64,000 nucleotides of DNA from Negaprion brevirostris (taxonomy: Eukaryota): NCBI GenBank assembly GCA_030324005.1, contig JARDVH010000059.1:64645828-64709827 (forward strand). The letters run 5' to 3'. Position numbers and translations under genes: made by a program. The stretch's first letter is position 1. The number at the start of each line of letters is the position of its first letter. Below, in pieces: positions 12,200 through 24,430 of this stretch. The notes beneath the pieces were generated by a model that was not told the origin of the DNA, did no database searches, and worked only from the letters and a program-made list of their open reading frames with translations.

Positions 12200-13930
12200 C
12201 TGTCAATTATACAGGAAATGAGTTGGCAAGATCAGTGAATGCATCTTTAAATGTTGTATCCTACTACCTCCACCACTAGTCCCATACACTGCTCCATGCA
12301 CATGTGCATCCCTCACTTACCAACAGTCTGTATCAATCTAGTCTCGAGTAGCACTGATAGCTTCTCCTCACTCTGACACACTTATCACTGCTGTAAGTCT
12401 CACATTCACACCCCAAGCAAGCACTCTTTGCGGCAATTCAACCATGTCAGCTATTACCACCCAAACAGATTGCGCCATCCCCACTGACACTCTTCTCTCT
12501 TTCCTGCAGGGCACCTAGAGAAAGCGGGGACTAACCAAAGAGGAACAAGCAAAGTTGCATGTCTTAGCTTCCATGGCAGAAACAGTGTTGGCCATTTTTG
12601 GAATGACCATTGATAAGGGTGTGACAAGCAGTGGTGCTGAAATCAAATATGTCAGTGTTCTCATATGTAATTTTCTTTCTCACATCTCATTTCCCCTGGA
12701 TTCTACAATCACTTTAGATTTACAAGCTGCAGGTAGTATACGCAGATTTCTCCCCACCCTCCCCTCACTGTAACCTTCCCCTTGTGTCTTTCTCCTTTCA
12801 GATATCCAGGAGGTGGGGAAATGGTAGTGGAGGCACAACAAGAAGACAGTGATAACACTGCAGAGGACTCAGAGGGGAACTTTGATAGGGCAGCCTACAA
12901 CACTGATGGGTATGTAGAACAAAATGATGGGTGCTCTGGGAAGCCTTTCAGAAAGCCTGCCTTTGATGACAAGGAGTCAGCATCAACTTGGCACAGGGCT
13001 TTTGTAACCCACCATTTTCAGGCATAGAAGTAGTGATCAGTTTCATTTATATGGGAGGCCCAGCTATGATGGTTAATGTAATGGTTGTGTAATGAGGCGG
13101 GTAGAATTAGGGACCTTGTGGTGAAGGATCCTCTTGGGGAGAGTGATCATTGTATGGTGNNNNNNNNNNNNNNNNNNNNNNNNNNNNNNNNNNNNNNNNN
13201 NNNNNNNNNNNNNNNNNNNNNNNNNNNNNNNNNNNNNNNNNNNNNNNNNNNNNNNNNNNATCTTATTGAATGGCGGGGCAGGCTCGAAGGGCTGGATGGC
13301 CTTCTCCTGCTCCTATTTCTTATGTTCTTATGTAATAACTTCCATTGAAGCACAAACAGCAACTCCAACATTTAAGTGCTGCAATGGAAGCTCAGACCAA
13401 GATTGTGTAGGTTCAGACTGCTGTCACCATCACTGTGGATTGCAATGTGCAAAGAGGCTTGCAGGCTGTTACAGTCCAGCAATCTGCCTTCCAACACATT
13501 ACAATGAGAGCTGAGGGGCATCCTCCCCAGGCTCACAAGGTGAGTGGCTGTTACTCCATGGAGCAAGATCCTGCTGTTCTCTCTCAGGTAACAGCATTCT
13601 CCTTCCCACCCTTCTACTCTGCTAGTGCCCTTGCTACTACCTATAGACTGCTGGCCCTCACACTGAGGTGATGCAGTTGGCAGCTGGATTTTTCAAGGTC
13701 AGAGTTGCTTGAAGTCATCCTTCAAGTCTATCTGCAGTTTTCTCCATTAAAAATCACAAGATCTTCAGCAGCAATGCTGCAGTCACTGGGGAACACTGCA
13801 TGGAAGACAGCCACTAAGTGAATGTTAAGAGTGGTTAGTTTAGATTTGCACACTGTTACATGGTTTAATTCATCTATTTGGTTTGGAATCTTTATTTGTG
13901 ACTTTTATTTTTGCATTGTGGCCTAGAAGA
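12200..13930 (+). mobile_element. Probable decayed Harbinger Myb/SANT accessory-gene region, with nested CR1 pieces at ~13075-13332
   Basis: Acceptor-like TTCCTGCAG followed by a LHVLASMAETVLAIFG-like peptide and acidic segment; recalled resemblance only. Confidence 0.35.
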
Positions 13931-14439
13931 CACTGTGATAATGAATGAGGTGAGAGCGGAGTGACAGTGAATAAAGCAGTGATGGCGAGTAGGGGAGTGA
14001 CAGAGAGTAAGGAGAGTGCTGGCGAGTAGGGGAGGGACAGAATAGGGGAGAGTAGGGAAGTGTTGGCAAGTAGGGGAGTGACAGAGAATAGGTTCCTATC
14101 TGGACTGAAAATTTTCAGTGGAAAGGAAAATGGGTATAACATTAGAATCAGCTCCCACCCAAAGGTATCGGGCCAAGTTTTCTAGTCCCACCTGCTGCGG
14201 GAATGGTAAAGGGCAGGAGAGAAAATCTGGCAGACCATTTAAAGGTTCATTGACCTCAGGTGGGATTCTCCAGTCTTGGGGCACATGGGGCCAGAGAATC
14301 TTGCCCATAAGCCTTAAAACTTGCTTTTCCATCTGCCTAAAACTAGTTCAGAGTTTTAGTCTTGCTGCAGGTGGTTTGAAGTCATATCATAAAATTATCT
14401 AAGGAAGCCTCAGTCCACAGTGCTGATGCTGACTCTTTA

Positions 14440-15830
14440 GTACAGCTAGTCAATTAGATTCACTCTCCTGTTCTTCACCCAGAGCTTGATACTCTCTCTG
14501 AATATTTAATCCTCTTCTCTTTTGAATGTTACTCTTGAATCTGCTTCCTTTATTCTTTCAGGCAATACATTCCAAACTACATCACCACACCAGATTAAAA
14601 ATATTTCCTCATGTCATCATTAGTTGTCATCATTAGTTCCTTGGCTAATTAAATCTGTGTCCTTGGATATTAGGTCTTCTGCTTTTGGAAATGGTTTCTC
14701 CTTATTTAGTCCATCAAACCCACTTATGATTTTGAACTCCTCTATAAAAGTGTCTCTTAACCTTGTCTGCTCAAAGGTTAGACTCCACACATACACAAAA
14801 TTACAGCCTATCCCTGGTAGCTTGCTAATAAATTTCTTCTTCATTCTCTCTATAACCATGACTGCCCAGAATTATACAGGATATTCCCACTATAGCTGAG
14901 CCATTTATAAATTTCATAAATGTTCAACATAATTTTCTTGCTTTTGTACGTTAATCTTCTAATAGTAAAGCCAAGGATCCCTTCTGCCTTTTTAACAACC
15001 TTCTCAACTTGTGCTGCTATCTTGACATATACAAAAGTATTCATATATACAAAGGATATGCGTATATACACCCCCAATTTGCTATGTTCCTGCACCTCCT
15101 TTAAAATTGTAGCATGATGATCACGTTACCTTGCTTTATTCTCTTGCCAAAAATCCCACATCTTTGCCATGTATCTGCCATTTCAGCAATATTTCTACAC
15201 CTTCCTGTAACCATTCTCCTCCTTGTTTACTCCATTCCTGAGTTTCATGTTATCTGCAAACTTTGAAATGACACCTGCCTATCAAGTTCCGATCTGTAAT
15301 ATACGTTAACGAAGCAGTGAATATATATTACTAACAACAGTGAATATATATTACCAACAGCAGTGAATATATATTACCAACAGCAATGATATTACCAACC
15401 GCAGTGAATATATATTACCAACAGCAATGATATTACCAACAGCAGTGATATTACTAACAGCAGTGATATTACCAACAGCAGTGAATATATATTACCAACA
15501 GCAGTGATATTACTAACAGCAATGATATTACCAACAGCAGTGAATATATATTACCAACAGCAGTGATATTACCAACAGCAGTGATGTTACCAACAGCAGT
15601 GAATATATATTACCAACAGCAGTGATATTACTAACAGCAGTGAATATATATTACCAACAGTAGTGATATTACCAACAACTGTTATCTTAAAACTGACATT
15701 GCGGAAAACCACTCTGCAGCCCCCTCCAGTCTGAAAAACTGTTTGACGCTATTCTCTGCTTTCTGTCCCTTAACCAATTTATTCTATCTGTGCTTCAACT
15801 ATCCCTTTAATTCTGTAGGTTTTATCAGAA
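14440..15830 (-). mobile_element. Decayed CR1 LINE RT/3' region interrupted by a minisatellite
   Basis: Minus ORFs give AAQVEKVVKKAEGILGFTIR and RLRDTFIEEFKIISGFDG, typical of CR1 ORF2 C-terminus. Confidence 0.85.
15312..15680. repeat. Minisatellite with mixed 18 and 24 bp units (ATATTACCAACAGCAGTG, with or without AATATA)
   Basis: Roughly 17-18 tandem units directly visible. Confidence 0.95.
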
Positions 15831-15869
15831 TGTAATGTAAAATTTTGATTTCTATGCTTCCAATAGGAA

Positions 15870-16500
15870 GCAACAACTTGTATTTATATAGTGCCTTTAG
15901 TGTAGGGCACTTCACAGGAGCTATAATGAACCACAATTTAACACTGAGCCATGTGAGGAGGTATTAGTTCAGAGGGCAAGAAAAATGGTCAAAAAGGGAG
16001 ATATTGAACCTATGTTAAAGGAGGCAGACTGAAATTTCAGACTGGAAATTTAGTCATTCAGAACCTAGGAAGGTGAAGGCCAATGGAGAAGAAAATCGGG
16101 AATGCCTGGGCCAGAGTTGGATGAGTGCAGAGATCTCAGAGGGGTTTAATGAAGGAGGTTGCACATAGGATGTAAATTGCAGCAGCAGAGGAGCTGAGGC
16201 AATGACAGAGACCTTTATGGAGATAGGCATGCTGAAGGGGAAGATACCACATTGACAGTTCAACTCAGATTCTAACAGAAGGCCATGTTTGTGAACAGTC
16301 TGGTATTTATTCAGGTAGTGGCCAGGGAGAGGGATGGCATTGGCAAGTTTTGTTGGAGACCATAGATCGCTTTGATCTTCCTAATAGTTTATTGGAGGAA
16401 ATATCTGTTCATCAAATACTAGATGTCAGATCTGTTCATCAAATACGTGACGTCAGATAAAGAGAGGCAGTGGTGGGAATAAGAGGGGAGATGGTGAGGT
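15870..16500 (-). mobile_element. L2 LINE 3' fragment
   Basis: CAACAACTTGTATTTATATAG reverse tail; homologous to 20815-21540. Confidence 0.7.
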
Positions 16501-17789
16501 GGAGCATATAGTATGCTTGCAAAGAGCTGAAAAGATAATGGCAAAGATTTTGATAATGAGAATCAAGATGGTTTCAGATGTAAACCATCAAATTATAAAG
16601 AGGAGGCATGGAAATGAGGTCTGTTCCTACAGCCTGAACAGAATGACACAAGCTATATTCCTTAAGAAAGAAGGAATCAATCAGTTGGATGAAAAAGATT
16701 AATCTGCATGGAACTAAAATAGAGTATCATCCAACTACATGCTGCAATTTCTTTGTGTTAAATTTACCCCAGTTATGCCGAGGGATAAATTCAGCAACAG
16801 AGCTAATGCGTATGCTCAAGATTTATATGTTTGCAGTAATTAGAAAATCAATTTGGTGGCTTTATCTCCCTTCTGGGACCTATCCAGACAAAGGTCAGTC
16901 CAGACCATCAATGTGAAAAGTTCAGTTATCATTGTGGGGAAGATGACAGCCATGAGAGATGGCAATGGAAGGACAGTCAGCATTCTGCCAGAGGTCTAGT
17001 TTTGACAACAGCACCACTGTGCTATTTATCTTGTAGACATGACTGGGAAATCTCAGTAGTAAATAAGCAACGCTGCCACCTACCCTGGGGAGTAATATCC
17101 TGAATTCCTAGGGCTCTCCCGACAATGGACAGAGTATGATGTAAATTGCAATGGGAAAATATTACAGGAGTAAATGTTACACAAGTGCTCACGGATGTGA
17201 TGGTTAACATGTTAGAGATCAAGTTTAACCCTTTAGTACAATGGGCACAGCATTACCCAGTATGGTTCCCCAGTCATATGCCTCCAATACCTTCCATTTT
17301 GTTAGGACTGGATTACTGCTTGTCCCTAGTCCCTCAGTTACTCCACGTCAACCACCGTACCACTCTGGTCTTGACTGTTTATAATTTTAACCTAAAACAA
17401 CTGCAACTTGTCTCCTTTTTCCCTTTAAATTCTTTCTGAAATCTGTATTTCAACTGTATCTTCAATCCCACATCCTTTCATTCCTGAGGCTGCTGCTCTG
17501 TGTTCCCGTCTCCAAAATTTTTCTCTAAAAGACTAATTATCTTTTAGAGATGTTAGTATGTTAATTATAACATACTAATGTTTAATTAAAATACTCTGTA
17601 CTTAGAGATGAACATTTAATGTACTTAAATTTATTTCAAACGTGAAGAATTAGCAGAACATTTTGTCTGATGATGTGTTTATTTGTGCTAATTAGTACTA
17701 TGCTGTGAATTGAGACTGATAATGAGCCATCATCCTATTTGTCTATATCTCAGAAGTGAAAAGTCAAATACTACTGCACCAGTCCTTCC

Positions 17790-18060
17790 AGGTGCTATGT
17801 AACCCATTGCCCAAGAGCCTGCCTTTCAAACCTAGCTTGTGTACACTGTCAGCAGGGAACACAAGAGTGAAGACATGTCAGAAATCCAGAGCATTTGCTA
17901 CTCAGTTCTTCAGTCTCAGCTCCACTATCAGTTTGGTATTTGTCTCAGTGTGGCCTTCTGTGGCTCTGTGTCAGATTTTGTTTCATAACACTCCTGTGAA
18001 GCACCTTTGGAACAGTTTATTACATTAGATGCACTATATGAATTCAAGCTGTTGTTGTAC
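17790..18060 (+). mobile_element. L2 LINE 3' end
   Basis: CTCCTGTGAAGCACCTTTG...CACTATATGAATTCAAGCTGTTGTTG tail. Confidence 0.65.
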
Positions 18061-18129
18061 AGCTTTAAACAATGTTTAGAATTCAGTAATGGGGACTAGT
18101 TCCATGGGCAGAACTTTATGGTCCTGTCA

Positions 18130-19040
18130 CAGCAGGAGCTGCCTATTTGAATAAGTAATTCACCTAGTGCCTTTCTCTCACTTTCCTCCCATGACCCTGT
18201 ACATTCTTCCTTTTCAAGTAACAATTTAATTCCTGTTCGAATGCCTCAATTGAATCTGCCTCCATTGAAAGACCTTTTTTCTAAAGATCATGATGTAGAA
18301 TCAGTTTGGGTGGAGATGAGAAATAATAAAGGAAGTCGCCTGTGAAAATAGTTTATAGATCTCCTCCCACCCCACCCCAACAACAACCACAATGTACTTA
18401 CCGTAGGGAGATATCATGGGCACTTGTTCAGCATGAAATATAAACATGGGGGCGTTTAGCTACAGTTGTATAGAGCATTGGTGAGATCATATCAACAGTA
18501 CCCTGTACAGTTTTGATTTCCTCATTTACGAAAGGACACAATTGCACTAGAAGCAGTTCAGAGCAGGTTGACTCGACTGATTGCTGGGATGAAGGGGTTG
18601 CTGTATGAGGAAACAGTTTGGGCCTGTATCCATTGGACTTTAGGACAATGAGAGGTNNNNNNNNNNNNNNNNNNNNNNNNNNNNNNNNNNNNNNNNNNNN
18701 NNNNNNNNNNNNNNNNNNNNNNNNNNNNNNNNNNNNNNNNNNNNNNNNNNNNNNNNNNAAAAATAAGAAGTGTCCCATATATGACAGAGATGAGGAGATT
18801 TTTTTCTCTGTGGGTCATGGAGTCAGTGGAACCCTCTTCCCCAGGGAATCAGGATGATTGAATGTTTTTAAGGCAGTGGTAGATAGATCCTTGACTAACA
18901 AGAGAGCCAAAGGGTACCCAGGGAAGATAGGACAGTGGTTTTGAGGCTCCAATCAGATCAGCCATAATCTTGTTGAATATTAGAGCAGGCTTGAGAGGTT
19001 TAATGACCTATTCATAATTCATATGTTGATATATTCCTAT
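18130..19040 (+). mobile_element. CR1 LINE fragments (endonuclease piece and 3' end; short inverted piece at start)
   Basis: VESVWVEMRNNKG-like peptide, ALEAVQ.RLTRLI.GMKG-like peptide and CR1 3' UTR. Confidence 0.8.
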
Positions 19041-20814
19041 GCTGTGACTGCAGTGGAAGCTGGATAATGATGGGCTCCACAGATCATTGGTTGGAATTGG
19101 CCAGCTTCTCCACACCAGAGGGGATGAGTTTCAGGCAATCTCACAGAGCAAACTGGAGGTGGACACCTCCATTTCCCTTAGCACAACCTATCAGCATTCA
19201 GCCAAGCTGGCCATTGTACTAAGCATTTAGTTAGGCAAGCACATCAATCTTCATCGGTGGTTTGGTCTTGTCAATTCCTCATCTGATTCCTCAGCAATAC
19301 TGGTGTGTGATTTTGTGCCATACGGAAGATAACATGTGTTGGTGACCTTTCTGTCCTGCATGGCTGCTGTACAGTGACTGCGTATCACACTGTAAGAACT
19401 CCTTTTCTAATTTAACCTCTAAATTGTATGTGGTATTGGTCTCTGAGTTGGTGCCTATGACAATTGTAACCATGAGCTCAGTGCGTTCTCTCACTCTCCT
19501 TCTCCTTTTCCTCTTCCTCTAGTGAGGATAAGGTGGAGGAAAGGTGGTCACCTTGCTTTGACAGGCAAGGTAGTTTTTGCTTTTGGGAGCAATGATACAC
19601 CACTGTACTGCCACCTCCAGTGGATCTGTCCTGCCACTGGGACAGGACATACCCAGGGATGGTGATGGTGGCATCTGGGATATTATTGCTAACATTGTCC
19701 AGTAAAAATAGTACAATTTTTCCATTGTTGAATATACATGCCTACCACAGCTCAGCTAAATTGTAATTTATATGATTTTCTGTCTTGCAACTTTACACCA
19801 GATACACATTGGTTCATGTAACAAGAGACATCAATGTTCACTTCAGAAGTGATCTTGATACATTTAAGACAAATTTGTATTTCACATTTCTTCTTTGGTT
19901 TGAAAAATTTCAATTATTAAAGGGAAATTTTCTGTCACGGGAATGATAGTGCCACATGGAATACCTTGATGCTCAAAGAGACAATCCATTGACTTTATTA
20001 TCAAATGACATCTGGTCAGTTCATTTTCCTGCCAAATCTGAAACATCAACAGGTGCGCAAGAGTTTATTGCTAACAAACAAAGTGCAGGCAGAAAGATGC
20101 TTCCTCCAATACAAATTGGAGTACAAATGAGGCTCAGTAGCACTTAAGACTTCGTCAGTAATATTCTAACTTTGGCTGCACACTTTTAAAGACACTGTTT
20201 CGCTTTCCATCTGCAAAGCAGCGCATTAAATTTATAGCAAGTATCATTTCTCTTCCGCCCTTTTCTGATAGCCATGATCCATGCCAGGAAATGACACTTT
20301 TTCAGCCTCCATTTTAAATATGTGCACCAGACAGTTACATCACCAATTTTCTCAGGAAGTTTCTCCTGATCTGCTGCATCTCCAATGGAAGATCTGCAGA
20401 AATTCAGGATAAGCTGTCTACAAAGTGCTCCTGTGACAATTGAGAGCCAATTCCTGTCAGTAGCAGTATTAGGATACATAACTGGTGGAAGTCACAGCCA
20501 AGCCAAATCCTTTTCTAATCCATTACATATACACTTCCCAGCAGTCACTGTACAGCAACCTCCACCTTCTACCCTCCCAGGGAAGATGAACCAATCATAG
20601 TGACAGCTCACCCTCCAGACAATAACCTTTCCAATGGCAAACACCCTCTTTACAGATAAGCAGGTAACCAGTTACGACCTCATTAAAAGGTTCTTATGTT
20701 CCTGTGTTCCTTTATCCAATCGATAACTCATCATGGCAACATGTCTGAGATTACAAGCTTGATATGGGGGAGATCACAGGCATCAATGCACATTTTACGT
20801 AGCATACTGCGGCA

Positions 20815-21540
20815 AGTACAACAACTTGCATTTCTGTCACACCTTTAACATAATAAAACATCCCAAGGAACTTTAATAAAGTGATTATCCAACAAAATTT
20901 ACATTGTGCCAAATAAGGAGATATGAGGACTGATGAAGTTTTAATTAAGCATTCTAAAGGAAGAATGGGAGGTAGAGAGATGGAAAGGTTTAGAGAGGAA
21001 ATTCCAGATCCAAGTGTCTAGGCAGCTGAAGTCATGAAGACCAATGATTAACTGATGAAAATGGTGAACCAAAGGCCCAAATGAGAGGAGCACAGTTACC
21101 TTGGAAGGCTGGATGGAGGCTACAAAAATAGAGATGAATGAAATCCTGGAGGGATTTGTTGCTGGATTGGAACCAAAGATGGGTAATGGATTGGTGAGTT
21201 AAGCCATTGATAGCTGAGTTTTGGATGAATTTATAGGGAGTGAAAAATGGGAACTTGTCAAGGAGGCCATAGAATAATCCAATAAAGAGATGACAACGCA
21301 TGGATGAGCATTTGGGCAGCAGATGAGCTGAAGCAGGGGCATGCAGTGATATGGAAGGGGAAAGCAGTTGATAGTGGCAATGAAGAGGATATGATGTCAG
21401 AGTTCAGCTCGGGGTCAGAGAGGTTGCCAAGATTGTGGAGCCTGGTTTGTCCTCAGGCAACGATCAGGGAGCGAAATGGAGTCAATGACTATGGAACAGA
21501 ATTGTGGTGCGCACCCAGGACAATGAGAATGTCCTCATGA
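20815..21540 (-). mobile_element. L2 LINE 3' fragment
   Basis: ACAACAACTTGCATTT..CACCTTTAACAT..AAAACATCCCAAGG reverse tail. Confidence 0.7.
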
Positions 21541-22055
21541 AGTGTATTGCTTTTCAGAGGAAACAATTTTCACAGCAGAATATAAATAATACATCAGAAA
21601 ATCATTACTTAATATAACATAAATTATTTTCACTAACCCCAAAGAATCAGGCACTAAAAAATTCAATTTGAACAATATGTTTGTTAAAGCAAGGGAGAAT
21701 GTGTTCCCTTGGACCTACAAACATACACAAAAAGGGGCAGTAGGCCATTCGGCCCCTCAAGGCTGATTAGGGAGATTAAATTTATATTTAATATCAAAAG
21801 TTCTGAATTTTTCAGTAAATTAATATCTGAGGTATATGGATAATAAGAGCTAAATAAAAACATTTAAGTTTATCTTCCTGTGAAATGAGGTGATACTAGC
21901 TCAAGGGAAGTAGCTGATTGGTAAATAGCTGGTGAATCTTTACTGATTGCAGTCTCAGGTATATTTCTATTAAGTCAGTCAATAGTCTAGTAAATAAAGG
22001 CATGGCAGAGCATCTTGGTCTGATGGAATGAACATCCTGTCCTATGTGAGAACCA

Positions 22056-22120
22056 TGATGTGGAGATACCAGCATTGGACTGGGGTAAGCACAGTAAGAA
22101 GTCTCACAGTAAGAAGTCTT
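22056..22120 (-). mobile_element. Penelope-like terminal repeat fragment with a 15 bp internal duplication
   Basis: Reverse complement of the 3370-3420 block; CACAGTAAGAAGTCT occurs twice. Confidence 0.65.
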
Positions 22121-22179
22121 TAAAAGGGTGTTGTGAGGCTTCTTACCATGTGGGAACATCAGGGCACTTCTCATGATTT

Positions 22180-22750
22180 GGGCAGTGATATGCAGGAGTT
22201 GTCCTGAACTGGAACAGCTCAAACTCCAGGTTTTAGCATTTGAGCAGCAGCTGTAGCCACTGAAGTGCATCTGTGAGGCTGAGAATCTTGTGGATAGCAT
22301 GTTTCTAGATGCAGTCTTCTCTCAACTAAAGAGGTAGAGAGGGGATGGGTGATTGCCATACAGCCCGGGAGCTCTAAGCAGGCAATGGAGAAGTACCCTG
22401 AGTACTGCATGCTCTCCAAACAGTATACAGTTCAGAATACTGATGGGAGTGATGGTTCACCTGAGGTGAGCCAAGCATAGGGCATCATGGCTGACTTCGC
22501 TGTATATGGGCAGAGGTAAGGGGAGTGGTGGCAGGAGGTGGCGCTGGGTGAAAAATGGGAAAGCAACAAATGATCAAAGTGACGGGAGATTCAAGTTAAC
22601 GAAACAGTTACATGTTTCTGCTGCAGCAGACATGAATCCAGAATGGTATATTGCCTCCTGGGCATCAAGATGTCATTGAGCAGCTACAGAGCACTCTTTT
22701 GCATGGGGAGGGGAGGGGGGAGGTAGAGCGGAAAACCAGTGGTCATAGTC
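22180..22750 (+). mobile_element. CR1 LINE ORF1 remnant (coiled-coil and SGNH-esterase-like)
   Basis: Decayed C..C..LEQL..LEQQL, GDS and ..RMV.CLPG..DVIEQLQSTL.GEG segments. Confidence 0.6.
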
Positions 22751-22769
22751 AATCTCAGTCAGTACCAGT

Positions 22770-24300
22770 GACAAAGAACAGTAGAGCACAGGAGCAGGCC
22801 CTTTGGCCCACTGAATATGTGCCAACACAGATGCCTGTAGCATTTTCTTGCCTCTACGTGGTCCATATCCCTCTATTCCCTGCCTATTCATGTATCTATC
22901 CACATGCTTCTTGAACATNNNNNNNNNNNNNNNNNNNNNNNNNNNNNNNNNNNNNNNNNNNNNNNNNNNNNNNNNNNNNNNNNNNNNNNNNNNNNNNNNN
23001 NNNNNNNNNNNNNNNNNNTATTCATGTATCTATCTATGTGCCTCTTGATCATTGTTATAGAATCTGCTTCCTCCAGTAGCAAGTTCCAGTAGCAACTTCT
23101 ACAGTAGCAAGTGTGAAAAACTTGCCCCTCACATCTCTTTTGAATTTTACCCCTCTCACCCTCAATCTATGCCCCTGAGTAATTGACCCTTTGACCCTGG
23201 GAAAAAGACTATGACAATCCACTCTATCCAAGCCTGTCATAATCTTATAAACCTCTATCAGGTCCCCCCCCATCCTCCGATGCTCGAATGAAAACAATCC
23301 AAGTTTGTTCAAACTTCTTTCATAGTCCATATCCTCCAAATTAGGCAACATCCTGGTAAATCTCTTCTGCACCCTTTCCAATGCATCAACATCCTTCCAT
23401 AATGTGGCGACCTGAATTGTACACAATACTCCAAATGCGGTCTAACCAAAGTCTTATACAGCTGCAACGTGATTTTCCAATTCTGAGACTCAATGCCTCC
23501 ACCATGAAGGTCAACATATCATATGCCTTCTTGACCATCTTGTCCGCCTGAGTCTCTGCCTTCAAGGAACTGCAGATCTGCATGCCTAGATCCCTCTGTA
23601 TGCTAATATTTCTAAGAGCTCTACCATTTACTGTATACTTTCATTCTACCGTAGACCTTCCAAATGGCATCACCTCACATTTGTCCGTGTTAAATTCTAC
23701 CTGCCATCATTCAACCCAAGTCCCCAGGTGATTCATATCCTGTTGTATCCTCTGACAATCCTCCTCACTAGCCGTTACTTCCCCAATTTTTGTATCATCT
23801 GCAAATTTACTAATCAGACTACTTGCATTTTCCTCCAAATCATTTATATATATTACAAACAACACAGACCCCAGCACTGATTCTTGTGGAATATCGCTTA
23901 TCACAGACCTCCAGTTAGAGAAGTACCCTTCCACTGCTACTCTCTGCTTATGATACCCAAGCCAGTTTTGTATCCATCTTACCAGCTCAACTTGGATCCC
24001 ACATGATTTCGCCTTCTATATCGGCCTGCCATGAGGAATCTTATCAAAGGCTTTACTAAAGTCCGTGTCTACAACATCCACTGCCCTGCCCTGGTCAATT
24101 TTTGTTGTCACTTCCTCAAAGAACTCAATCAAGTTGTGAGACATGACCTCCCCTTCACAAAACTGCACTGCCTGTCACTAATAAGCCTATTCACTTCCAG
24201 ATGTGAGCACACCCTGTACCTAAGAATCTTCTCCAATAATTTCCCCACCACTGCTGTAAGGCTCGTAGACCTGTAATTTCCCAGATGGTCTCTTCTGCTC
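22770..24300 (-). mobile_element. CR1 LINE, 5'-truncated, RT domain and 3' end
   Basis: WRSVISDIPQESVLGSVLFVIYINDLEE..ISKFADDTKIG and DVDALERVQKRFTRMLP; frameshifts and stops. Confidence 0.95.
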
Positions 24301-24430
24301 TATCGTCACTCCGCCTATACACTCTGTACCTGCGCACCTCACTTCACTTCACCTGACAAAGGAGGAGCACTCTGAAAGCTTGTGATTTCAAATAAACCTG
24401 TTAGACTATAATCTGGTGTCATGTGACTTC
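24300..24430 (+). mobile_element. Penelope-like terminal repeat containing a degenerate hammerhead
   Basis: TCAC-CTGACAA-AGGAGGAGCACTCT-GAAA-GCTT-GTGA followed by AAATAAACCTGTT. Confidence 0.75.

Noticed and set aside
15312-15680. CRISPR-like array appearance
   Set aside because: Units are directly adjacent with no unique spacers, and the context is eukaryotic; it is a minisatellite
16403-16457. 27 bp direct duplication ATCTGTTCATCAAATAC..GTCAG
   Set aside because: Ordinary slippage duplication inside an L2 remnant
19522-19570. Strong polypyrimidine tract and AG suggesting a plus-strand exon
   Set aside because: No recognisable peptide in any frame and a poor donor; may be low-complexity sequence
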